DNA of 33,990 bases from an uncultured Atopobiaceae bacterium (GTDB lineage: Bacteria > Actinomycetota > Coriobacteriia > Coriobacteriales > Atopobiaceae): contig CAMYZR010000001.1 of NCBI GenBank assembly GCA_947303905.1, positions 1-33,990 on the forward strand, given 5' to 3'. The notes below the pieces were generated by a model. The model ran no database searches and was not told the DNA's origin. It was given only the letters and a program-made list of their open reading frames with translations. Position numbers and translations under genes: made by a program. The first letter of the stretch is position 1; each line of letters begins with the position of its first letter. Shown in pieces: positions 1 through 8,398 of this stretch.

Positions 1-1
1 C

Positions 2-955
2 GCAGCCCGCGGCAGCCGTCGTGCCGAGCGCGGCGAGCGCCGACGCAGCCGCGGCGAGGGCAGGGGCAACCTGTTCCCGCTCCTGATTGCGATTGCGGCC
101 ATCGTTGCCGTCTACCTCGTGGTCTTCTCGCCGATCGATCGCTCCATCGCCCTTCCCAAAGACGAGCGCGAGGGGCTTTCGCAGGAGCTCAAGGGCCACG
201 TGCCCGGCATGCCTTACTACGTCCTTGCCCTCGGATCCGACGCGCGCAAGGGCGAAACCGTCTCGCGCTCCGACACGATGATCCTGGTGCGTGTCGACCC
301 GCTCGGTGGCAAGCTGACGATGCTCTCGATCCCCCGTGACACGATGGTGGAGATAGAGGGCTACGGAACGCAGAAGATCAACGCCGCCTATGCCTTTGGC
401 GGGGCAGCTGGTGCGGTTCATGAGGTCAGCTAGCTCACGGGAGTTCCCATCTCGCACGTGGCGGTCATCAAGTTCGATGGCGTCGAGGGTCTCGTGGATT
501 CGCTCGGCGGCGTGACGGTCGATGTGCCGGTGGATGTCTACGACCCAAGCTACACGGGGCTTGTGCTTTCCGCCGGCAAGCAGGAGATGGACGGACATAC
601 CGCCCTGCTCTTCTCGCGCGTGCGCCATGGCTTCGACCTGGGCGACTACCAGCGCCAGATCGACCAGCGCATCCTCATCCAGGCCATCATGAACAAGGCG
701 CTCTCGCAGGGGCCGACCAAGCTTCCCAGCGTGGTGAGAAACATGACCGGCCTTCTGGGCACCACCCTGCGCTGCTACTCCATACGGCCGCTGATGCTCA
801 GGCTCAAGGTCGGCGGGGCAACGGTCTATCAGGCCACCGTACCCTCCACCACGGCCATGGTCGACGGCGTGAGCTATGTGGTCGCCGACGAGGAGGCGCT
901 CTCCAAGATGATGGACGTGATCAAAGCGGGAGGGGACCCCTCGACGCTGAGCTAG
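2..955 (+). pseudogene. LytR-CpsA-Psr (LCP) family cell-wall glycopolymer transferase. The 5' end runs off the window, and one in-frame TAG (431-433) interrupts it.
   Basis: Frame 2 is open from nt 2, by my own translation. It encodes an Arg-rich tail, a TM helix (LFPLLIAIAAIVAVYLVVF), then LCP core motifs: YYVLALGSD..SDTMILVRVDP..LSIPRDT..KINAAYAFGG, followed by FDGVEGLVDSLGGVTVDV..ALLFSRVRH..DYQRQIDQR. Track ORFs 119-433 and 458-955 share a frame (458-119=339). Only TAG plus 8 sense codons (LTGVPISH) separate them. Confidence 0.7.
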
Positions 956-966
956 CCGATATTCTC

Positions 967-995
967 TTGCAACCCACAGGCGTCTCTCTTACGCT
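967..995 (+). promoter_or_regulatory. Putative sigma-70-type promoter for the downstream envelope gene string (TTGCAA-17 nt-TACGCT)
   Basis: Hexamers were read directly at 967-972 and 990-995, about 57 nt upstream of the 1053 ATG. A 7-bp hairpin (TCGCCCC/GGGGCGA) lies in the presumed 5' UTR. This is a sequence-pattern guess only. Confidence 0.3.
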
Positions 996-1052
996 ATCCT
1001 GTTGTGAAACGTTGCTCGCCCCGCTCAGGGGCGATGAGTCGGGGAGGCGCCT

Positions 1053-1763
1053 ATGGGTGGCATCAAGCGGTTTTGCCTGTTCGTGTTTGGACTTGCTGGG
1101 GTGCTGTGCCTGTGCGCCCTTGCGCTTCCGTGGGTAGGGCCCTACCAGAGCGAGGCCGCCGCTCTCATGGCCAACCCGTACTATTACCTCGCATCGCAGG
1201 CCTTGCTTGCCGTTACGGCCTTCGGCCTCATCGTCACGCTGCTCGTGTCCATCTTCGCACCACGCAAGCGCAAGACGGTGGTCATCAGCAGCGATGGAGG
1301 TGACCAGATCACCGTGACCAAGACGGCCATCTCGTCCCAGGCAACCCATGTCATCGAGGACGGGGACCGCTACGTTGCCGAGAAGGTGCGTGTCGGCCTC
1401 GGTCGCGGTGGCAAGATCGAGGTTGCCGCACGCATCAGGCCACGTCGTGTGGTGGACGTGACCATCGAGGGCAAGCGACTCCACGACGACCTCGCATCGG
1501 GTCTCGCCACGATCTGTGGTGACCGCGTGCAGCATGTGAACCTCGAGTTCGTCGAGGCGGAGATGCCCGAGCCCGCCCAGGACGTGGTGGTGGAGACCGT
1601 CGATTCCCTCGAGGTGCCCGCGTCGGTGTACGAGCATGCGGCGAGCCTCGCCGAGGCAGAGGAGCCTGCTGACATCACCGTGCCGCTGAGCAGCGTCATG
1701 CCAGCGCCGGCGAGCGAGAAGGACGAAGACAAGCCGACTGACGTTGACGGGGAGGTGGCGTAG
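1053..1763 (+). CDS. amaP: Alkaline-shock-response membrane anchor protein, AmaP-like
   Basis: Two N-terminal TM helices (FCLFVFGLAGVLCLCALAL; ALLAVTAFGLIVTLLVSIF) precede a soluble region (ITVTKTAISSQATHVIED...IEVAARIRP). The SD GGGGAGG lies 6 nt before the ATG. The gene order amaP-DUF2273-asp23 matches the staphylococcal asp23 operon (established knowledge). Confidence 0.6.
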   Translation: MGGIKRFCLFVFGLAGVLCLCALALPWVGPYQSEAAALMANPYYYLASQALLAVTAFGLIVTLLVSIFAPRKRKTVVISSDGGDQITVTKTAISSQATHVIEDGDRYVAEKVRVGLGRGGKIEVAARIRPRRVVDVTIEGKRLHDDLASGLATICGDRVQHVNLEFVEAEMPEPAQDVVVETVDSLEVPASVYEHAASLAEAEEPADITVPLSSVMPAPASEKDEDKPTDVDGEVA

Positions 1764-1766
1764 ACG

Positions 1767-2183
1767 ATGGCCAAGGTCAAGCTAACGATCGCAGAGCCGA
1801 GCGAGGACGAGCGAGTGCAGCCTGAAGTCGAGCCGACAAGCGACCATGAGCGTCCGAGCGCAAGCGAGCAGCCGAGTGCCGCTCAGGGCAAGAAGCCTTC
1901 TGCCGCCAAAAGTCCCGCGGACTCCTCGAACGAGAAGAAGCAGCCGGCGCAAGGCCCCGCCGCCTTCCTGTCCAAGGTTGCGCCCGGCCACGAGAACGCG
2001 CTGCTTGGTGGCCTTCTGGGACTCGTCGTAGCCGTGCTTATGTTTGTGGCCGGCTTCTGGCGCACGCTGTTCGTGGTGGTCATGGTGACGATTGGTGTCG
2101 CCGTCGGCCAGTATCTTGATGGCACGCCCAAGATCATCAACTTCATCCGCCGTGTGATCGTAGAGTTCCGCGGCAACAACTAG
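1767..2183 (+). CDS. DUF2273-type small membrane protein with a long low-complexity N-terminal extension
   Basis: The C-terminal half has two TM helices (GGLLGLVVAVLMFVAGFW; LFVVVMVTIGVAVGQYL). The N-terminal ~65 aa are Pro/Ser/Glu/Lys-rich. There is a 3-nt gap after amaP, and the gene sits between amaP and asp23. Confidence 0.6.
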   Translation: MAKVKLTIAEPSEDERVQPEVEPTSDHERPSASEQPSAAQGKKPSAAKSPADSSNEKKQPAQGPAAFLSKVAPGHENALLGGLLGLVVAVLMFVAGFWRTLFVVVMVTIGVAVGQYLDGTPKIINFIRRVIVEFRGNN

Positions 2184-2225
2184 GTTGTAGTCACTAACGC
2201 AAGTTAGCCAACGAAGGGAGCACAC

Positions 2226-2813
2226 ATGAGCACTATTGACGAGACCAAGCTCGAGGAGCAGGCGACCGAGGAGCCGCTGCAGGTTTCCGTCGAGGACGAG
2301 GTCGTCTCCGAAGGCCTTGACCTTGAGGAGGACCTTGAGTCCGAGGATTCCCTCACGTTCTCCAACGGAGTCATCGAGAAGATCGTCGCGCTGGCCATGC
2401 GTGACGTGCCCGGCGTCGTCGGCATGAAGGGCGGCTTCCTCAACCTCGTGCAGGATGCCTTTGGCGTGCGCGACGCTCGCCGCGGCGTGACCGTCGAGGT
2501 TACCCCCGACAGCTCCGTACGCGTCAACATCTCTGTCTTCATCGCCTACGGCTCCTATGCGCCGCAGGTCTTCGAGGATGTCAAGCACGCCGTCGTGGAT
2601 GCCGTCACCGGCATGACCGGCCTGGAGATCGCGGGCGTCAACCTGCGCATCGAGGACGTTCTGACCCCCGAGGAGATCGAGGCGCGCCAGCCCAAGCTGC
2701 CGGCCACCGAGGAGGCCGAGAACCTTCCCGAGGCAGTCGGGGAGGCCGAGGTCGAGGAGGCCGAGGTCGAGGCTGAGACTGAGGGCGACGTCACCGTCGA
2801 GGTTGCCGGATAG
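2226..2813 (+). CDS. asp23: Asp23/Gls24 family envelope stress protein
   Basis: The family signature is present: LTFSNGVIEKIVALAMRDVPGVVGM...GVTVEV...VNISVFIAYGSYAPQVFEDVKHAVVDAVTGMTGLEIAGVNLRIEDV. Both tails are acidic. The SD GAAGGGAG lies upstream. Confidence 0.85.
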   Translation: MSTIDETKLEEQATEEPLQVSVEDEVVSEGLDLEEDLESEDSLTFSNGVIEKIVALAMRDVPGVVGMKGGFLNLVQDAFGVRDARRGVTVEVTPDSSVRVNISVFIAYGSYAPQVFEDVKHAVVDAVTGMTGLEIAGVNLRIEDVLTPEEIEARQPKLPATEEAENLPEAVGEAEVEEAEVEAETEGDVTVEVAG

Positions 2814-2816
2814 CCT

Positions 2817-4169
2817 ATGAGGCTCATAAGCGCCGCTGCCACTAGTCTGGGACGGCTCGTACACTGGGGGCTGACGAACGTGTTGCATCGCAACGCTTCT
2901 CAGCTCCCAGGTCGTATTGCGCTTGCCCTTGACCCACAGCTGATTGCCCATCTGCGAGACAGGGCGACCAAGGGATCGATAGTCGTCTGCGGGACGAATG
3001 GCAAGACCACAACCAACAACGTGATTGCAGCCTCCCTCGAGGCCTCCGGCATGCGGGTGCTCTGCAATCGCGCGGGCGCCAACATGGTCGCTGGGGTGGC
3101 TTCGGCGCTTCTGTCGGGTGGGACTGCAGACTTGGCGGTGCTCGAGGCCGACGAGCTCTCTACCATTCACATCTTGCCGCAGCTGCGCCCGGACTACCTT
3201 GTTCTGCTCAACCTCTTCCGTGACCAGCTCGACCGCGCGGGAGAGATCGACCACGTGCAGGACACCATTGTGGCCGCACTGGCCGCCTCCCCCTCGACGA
3301 AGCTGGTGACCTGCGGCGATGACCCGCTCTCCATGGGTGTGGCGGTGCGTGCGACGCAGGCGGGCACCAAGGTGCTGACCTTTGGCATGGGAGAGGATCT
3401 GGGGCTTGCTCCGGACCGCGTGCCCGAGGCGCGCTTCTGCCAGGCGTGCGGCACCGAGCTTCGTTACGAGTATCGCTCCTATGCGCAGCTCGGCAAGTTC
3501 GCCTGTCCCAACTGCGGCTTTGCCCGCCCCGAGCTTGATTTTGTCGCTACGGCGGTCGCAGTGGACCGTGAGGGTGTGTCGTTTGATTTCAGTCGCCCGG
3601 GTGAGGGGACAAGGCGCATCCATGCAGACTTCGGTGGCGTCTACATGGCGTACAACCTTCTTGCCGCCGCTGCCGCGGCGTCGCTCGCGGGTGTGGATGC
3701 CGCGCACTTCCAGCAGGCGCTTGACGGATACCATCCCGCCAACGGACGTCTGCAACGCTTTGGCGTCGACGGCCGCGAAGTGGTGCTCAATCTGGCCAAG
3801 AATCCCACGGGGTTCAACCAGAACCTCTCGCTTCTGCTGGCGGACGAACGTCCCAAGGCAGCCTTCTTCGTCGTCAATGACAACTACAACGACGGCAGGG
3901 ACATCTCGTGGATATGGGACGTGGACTTCGAGCGCCTGGCTGGTGACGAGGGCATGCACCGCGTGATCGCGGGCGGGCATCGGGCCAATGACGTGCAGGT
4001 GCGCCTCAAGTACGCGGGCATCGGGGCAGCCATTGCGGGTAGCGTGGGCGAAGCCTTGGGCCAGTTGGCCGATCTCCCCGACGAGTGTCCGCTCTACGTG
4101 CTCACCAACTACTCCGCGCTTTGGCCGGCAAGAGACGAGCTCGAGAGGCTGGGGGAGCGTCATGGGTAG
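2817..4169 (+). CDS. murT: Lipid II isoglutaminyl synthase, Mur-ligase-like subunit MurT
   Basis: Matches: P-loop VCGTNGKTTTNNVIA; FRDQLDRAGEID; the Cys4 ribbon CQACG...CPNCG typical of MurT; NGRLQRF; LAKNPTGFNQ; NDGRDISWIWDVDFE (DUF1727 region). The gene starts 3 nt after the asp23 stop. Confidence 0.9.
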   Translation: MRLISAAATSLGRLVHWGLTNVLHRNASQLPGRIALALDPQLIAHLRDRATKGSIVVCGTNGKTTTNNVIAASLEASGMRVLCNRAGANMVAGVASALLSGGTADLAVLEADELSTIHILPQLRPDYLVLLNLFRDQLDRAGEIDHVQDTIVAALAASPSTKLVTCGDDPLSMGVAVRATQAGTKVLTFGMGEDLGLAPDRVPEARFCQACGTELRYEYRSYAQLGKFACPNCGFARPELDFVATAVAVDREGVSFDFSRPGEGTRRIHADFGGVYMAYNLLAAAAAASLAGVDAAHFQQALDGYHPANGRLQRFGVDGREVVLNLAKNPTGFNQNLSLLLADERPKAAFFVVNDNYNDGRDISWIWDVDFERLAGDEGMHRVIAGGHRANDVQVRLKYAGIGAAIAGSVGEALGQLADLPDECPLYVLTNYSALWPARDELERLGERHG

Positions 4170-4908
4170 CGGAAGGGCCCTGCGTGTGGTGCATCTCTAT
4201 CCGGAGCTGCTCAACCTCTATGGGGACTCGGGCAACATCTTGGTGCTCAGGCGCCGCATGGAATGGAGGGGCATCTCCTGCGAGGTGGAGGAGGTGCACA
4301 CCGGTGATCACCCGTCATTCGTCGACGCGGACATCGTGTTCATTGGCGGTGGTTCAGACCGCGAGCAGCGGATCGTCTGCGACTATCTGCTCGAGGTCCG
4401 CCGCGAGCTTGCGGCCTTCGTCGAGGATGGGGGCGTGCTCGGGGCGGTCTGTGGCGGCTACCAGCTCCTCGGCCACAGCTACCTCATGGGCGACGAGGAG
4501 GTGCGCGGGCTCTCGCTCGTCGACCTCTACACCGACCGCGGAACGCCGCGCCTCATCGGAAACATCGCAGTGGAGAGTCGCATCTCGCCACAGCCCATCG
4601 TTGGCTTCGAGAACCATGGCGGGCGCACGCACTTAGGCCCAGGGGTCGAGCCTATGGGCAAGGTGCTCCATGGATACGGAAACGATGGCACGACCGGCGA
4701 GGAGGGCTGCCTCTACAAGAACGTGGTGGGCACTTACGTGCATGGGCCGCTGTTGCCCAAGAACCCTGGCGTTGCCGACTATCTCATCGCTCGTGCCCTG
4801 GAACGCCGCTTTGGCGTGGCTGAGCTGGAACCGCTGGACGATGCGGCAGAGCTTGCGGCGAACAAGGTGATGTACGACCGTCTGATGGACGAGGAGGCCA
4901 GGGGCTGA
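4162..4908 (+). CDS. gatD: Lipid II isoglutaminyl synthase, glutamine amidotransferase subunit GatD
   Basis: Matches: LRVVHLYPELLNLYGDSGN, GAVCGGYQLLG (nucleophile Cys), YVHGPLLPKNP. The ATG at 4162 is M59 of track ORF 3988-4908 and overlaps the murT stop by 8 nt. This is the usual murT-gatD coupling. Confidence 0.88.
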   Translation: MGSGRALRVVHLYPELLNLYGDSGNILVLRRRMEWRGISCEVEEVHTGDHPSFVDADIVFIGGGSDREQRIVCDYLLEVRRELAAFVEDGGVLGAVCGGYQLLGHSYLMGDEEVRGLSLVDLYTDRGTPRLIGNIAVESRISPQPIVGFENHGGRTHLGPGVEPMGKVLHGYGNDGTTGEEGCLYKNVVGTYVHGPLLPKNPGVADYLIARALERRFGVAELEPLDDAAELAANKVMYDRLMDEEARG

Positions 4909-4957
4909 CGGCACGCCGTTGCGTCTTACCGTTCTCCAAGACGTAACATGACGTGGG

Positions 4958-4985
4958 TTGACATCTCCTAGTACTTCGGTAGGAT
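4958..4985 (+). promoter_or_regulatory. Putative sigma-70 promoter (TTGACA-16 nt-TAGGAT) driving the cysK leader
   Basis: A perfect -35 TTGACA sits at 4958-4963 and TAGGAT at 4980-4985. The predicted transcript start at about 4992-4993 coincides with the ATG of the short ORF at 4993, making it leaderless. Confidence 0.45.
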
Positions 4986-4992
4986 ATTCCAC

Positions 4993-5076
4993 ATGAAGTC
5001 TTTGGCGAACATATTCCGCTGTTGTTGCACATGTGCCGTGCCCGGGTCTGGTATGGCCTGCCGCCGCACACGTTAG
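4993..5076 (+). CDS. 27-codon polycysteine leader ORF (MKSLANIFRCCCTCAVPGSGMACRRTR), probable cysteine-sensing leader peptide
   Basis: I translated it by hand: ATG 4993 to TAG 5074-5076. Cys codons are TGT TGT TGC (5020-5028), TGT (5032-5034) and TGC (5059-5061). There is no SD, and the ATG sits at the predicted +1. The ORF lies between a promoter and an intrinsic terminator, directly upstream of cysK. Confidence 0.5.
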   Translation: MKSLANIFRCCCTCAVPGSGMACRRTR

Positions 5077-5133
5077 GCGGGCCAAGGCTCGGGCGTAAAG
5101 CCACTCCCCCCTCACATAGAGTCCAAACCGCGT

Positions 5134-5169
5134 GGGCAGGTGCCCACGATGGTACCAACCTGCCCTTTT
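5134..5169 (+). terminator. Intrinsic terminator/attenuator in the cysK 5' leader
   Basis: GGGCAGGT (5134-5141) pairs with ACCTGCCC (5158-5165), followed by TTTT (5166-5169). The cysK SD AGGAGG (5170-5175) comes immediately after. A competing local hairpin exists: CGTGGGC (5131-5137) / GCCCACG (5142-5148). Confidence 0.6.
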
Positions 5170-5180
5170 AGGAGGCACCC

Positions 5181-6092
<912 letters not shown>

Positions 6093-6126
6093 CCACCGAG
6101 GGGACTCATCACAGCTGATTGCCGTT

Positions 6127-6181
6127 GACGGGTCGCGTTGCCTGCGGTTATGGCCACGGGCGACGCGACCCGTCCTTTTTT
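6127..6181 (+). terminator. Rho-independent terminator of cysK
   Basis: A 12-bp perfect stem, GACGGGTCGCGT (6127-6138) / ACGCGACCCGTC (6163-6174), is followed by a T6 run (6176-6181). Confidence 0.8.
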
Positions 6182-6332
6182 GCCTCGATCTTCCGCGCAC
6201 CTCAAACGAGTCGCCGCATCCCCTCAAACCACCGACAAAGCGCATCGGGCTGCTGGTGGAGCCTCGGCTAACTTATCGCGTCTTGTCATCTATGATGGGG
6301 ACGTGCCTTCGCACGCACCACAATCACGTACG

Positions 6333-8390
6333 ATGGGGGTCCCCGTGGACGCAAACTCTCGCAGCATCCTTGGCCTGATCGCCGAAATGAACACGCGCTT
6401 TGTCGTACCGGTCTACCAGCGTCCCTACTCGTGGGGCGAGCAGCAGTGCCTCCAGCTGTGGGACGACATCCTGGCCTGCGGCAGGCAGCGGGAGAACTTC
6501 CACTTCACCGGCTCGATCGTGACCATCCAGGACGGGAGCATGTCCGAGCAGGGTGTGACGCCGCTTCTGCTCATCGATGGCCAGCAGCGCATCACCACCA
6601 TCACGCTTCTGCTGATCGCCCTTGCTCGCCTCGTCGACAAGGAGCAGACCGACCTGCCCTTCACGCGCGAGGAGATCGTGGACTCGGGCTATCTCACCAA
6701 CCATTTCCGGACGGGGGCCGACCACTACAAGCTCACGCTCTCCAAGACCGACCAGCCGGCACTGCGCTCGCTCATCGACAACCTCGAGGACCCTGCGGTG
6801 CCGGTGGAGACCACCTCCGAGCGCCTCATGGAGAACCTCGCCTTCTTCGAGCGGCGCGTGGAGGCGCTCAGCGACATCGCATCGGTCTGGGCGGGCCTGC
6901 AGCGCCTGGAGGTCGTCTCCATCGCGCTCTCGCAGGGCCAGGACAACCCGCAGGCCATCTTCGAGTCGATGAACTCCACCGGCAAGGACCTCTCCTCGGC
7001 CGACCTCATCCGCAACTTCGTCCTCATGGCCTATCCCGTGGCGGAGCAGTACGACATGTACCAGACCTACTGGCGTCCCATCGAGCAGATCCTGGGCGCC
7101 GATGCCTACGGCGGGACCTTTGACGACTTCATTCGCAGCTACTTCACCGTTGCCTACGCGCCCGAGTCGATGGCCAAGGCTGACGTGTACCAGACCTTCA
7201 AGCGCTATGTGCTGTTCAATGGCTACCACCGCAACGACCGCATGAAGAACCTCTCGCTCAAGGTCAAGCGCTTTGCCGGCTACTACGCGCGCGTGACCAC
7301 CGGCGAGGTGGACGACGCGGAGGTGGCCGAGGTGCTGCACCGGCTGTCGCTGCTCGACATGCCGGTGATAAACCCGCTGCTTCTGGCGCTGTTTGACAGC
7401 TACGACCACAAAGCGCTGTCGCGCGAGGAGTTCTTGGACATGGTGGCGACCATCGAGAGCTACCTCTTGCGCCGGGCGGTCTGCGACTGCGAGACGAGCG
7501 TGCTGTCGCCGTTCGTCGCCTCGCTGATAGCCCGCCTCGATGCCGTGCGCAGCGAGGGCGGCAACGTGGCCGAGGCACTGCAGGCGATGCTGCTCAACGA
7601 GGCGGGCACCCCCAGGCGCTTCCCGACCGACGCTGAGTTCGGCCGTGCGCTCGCCACGCGCGACTGCTTCGGGTTCTCGCGCGTGTTCTACCTGCTGGCG
7701 CGCCTCGAGGGTGGCATGGGAGGCTGCTGCCTGCCACGCAAGGGCAGCTGGACGGTCGAGCACGTGATGCCCGTCCATGCCGTGAGCGACGAGGGCTGGG
7801 CCGAGGTGCTCGGTCCGGACGCCGAGCGCGCCTTCGAGGAGACGGTCAACAGCCTGGGCAACCTCACCCTGACGACCTGCCTCTTCGATCTGCAGGACGC
7901 AAGCTTCGCCGACAAGCGCGAGCGCGTGCTAGGGGCGCAGGGAGATGCCCGCTTGGCCATCTCGCAGGCCATCGTCGAGGCAGAGACGTGGGGCCCCGAG
8001 CAGATTCGTACGCGCACGCAGGAGCTGGTGGACGAGGCACTCGGCCTTTGGACCATTCCCGACCTGCCTGAGGAGGCCTGTCGGGCCTATCGTCCGTCCC
8101 GTCGCGCTGCGGCAGGGGAGCAGGCGAGCTTCTCCGACCTCTTCGAGGCCGGCCTCGTGGAGATGGATGACGTGCTGGCCAGCGCGAACCCGCTCTACCC
8201 GGGCAAGGCCACCGTCACCTCGCGCGGCAAGATCATGCTCGCCAACGGCGAGATGTTCGACGACCCGACCGAGGCGTACGAGCGCTTCCTCGCCATGCAG
8301 GGAGCGCTGGTGACCGGCCTCAACGGCTGGATGTACTGGCGTCGCGGCGAGGGCGGGCCGCTGCTCGACACGCTGCGCGAAGGCCTCTAG
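6333..8390 (+). CDS. GmrSD-like DUF262 (ParB-like NTPase) / DUF1524 (His-Me finger nuclease) protein with a C-terminal RAMA-like domain; probable type IV (modification-dependent) restriction or other defence nuclease
   Basis: DUF262 motifs: VPVYQRPYSW and LLIDGQQRITTITLLL. DUF1524 motifs: WTVEHVMPVH...VNSLGNLTLTT...ASFADKRE. The last ~100 aa (FSDLFEAGLV...GKATVTSRGKIMLANGEMFDDPTEAY...LNGWMYWR) resemble the RAMA domain. The start is ambiguous: ATG 6333 has no SD, and in-frame GTG 6345 is preceded by GGGGG. A possible -10 TATGAT lies at 6290-6295. Confidence 0.8.
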   Translation: MGVPVDANSRSILGLIAEMNTRFVVPVYQRPYSWGEQQCLQLWDDILACGRQRENFHFTGSIVTIQDGSMSEQGVTPLLLIDGQQRITTITLLLIALARLVDKEQTDLPFTREEIVDSGYLTNHFRTGADHYKLTLSKTDQPALRSLIDNLEDPAVPVETTSERLMENLAFFERRVEALSDIASVWAGLQRLEVVSIALSQGQDNPQAIFESMNSTGKDLSSADLIRNFVLMAYPVAEQYDMYQTYWRPIEQILGADAYGGTFDDFIRSYFTVAYAPESMAKADVYQTFKRYVLFNGYHRNDRMKNLSLKVKRFAGYYARVTTGEVDDAEVAEVLHRLSLLDMPVINPLLLALFDSYDHKALSREEFLDMVATIESYLLRRAVCDCETSVLSPFVASLIARLDAVRSEGGNVAEALQAMLLNEAGTPRRFPTDAEFGRALATRDCFGFSRVFYLLARLEGGMGGCCLPRKGSWTVEHVMPVHAVSDEGWAEVLGPDAERAFEETVNSLGNLTLTTCLFDLQDASFADKRERVLGAQGDARLAISQAIVEAETWGPEQIRTRTQELVDEALGLWTIPDLPEEACRAYRPSRRAAAGEQASFSDLFEAGLVEMDDVLASANPLYPGKATVTSRGKIMLANGEMFDDPTEAYERFLAMQGALVTGLNGWMYWRRGEGGPLLDTLREGL

Positions 8391-8398
8391 TCCAGCTG

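Noticed and set aside
431-433. The TAG in the LCP gene as programmed recoding (pyrrolysine or read-through)
   Set aside because: No pyl genes or methylamine methyltransferase context are present. LCP enzymes are not known Pyl proteins. A plain nonsense mutation or a sequencing error is more parsimonious.
1782-4163. A 793-aa ORF on the minus strand spanning the DUF2273, asp23 and murT genes
   Set aside because: It is antisense to three genes with clear family signatures. Its translation is Arg/Gly/His/Leu/Val-rich with no recognisable motif and no SD. This is a typical stop-codon-poor shadow ORF of high-GC DNA.
4922-4943. The hairpin CGTCTT-N10-AAGACG after gatD, considered as a terminator
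   Set aside because: It has only 6 bp, is AU-containing, and has no U-tract. It is too weak to call. gatD transcription may simply run into the cysK leader region.
5121-5169. A possible T-box riboswitch upstream of cysK, suggested by TGGTACC, which resembles the UGGUACC T-box core
   Set aside because: The TGGTACC lies in the terminator loop rather than on the 5' side of an antiterminator bulge. I found no Stem I features (AG bulge, specifier loop with UGC, distal loop). The polycysteine short ORF explains the leader better.
6093-8398. The GmrSD-like gene as part of a mobile genomic or defence island
   Set aside because: No integrase, transposase, tRNA attachment site or flanking direct repeats are visible. 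By eye its GC looks similar to its neighbours'. I therefore report only a single-gene insertion-like context, not an island.
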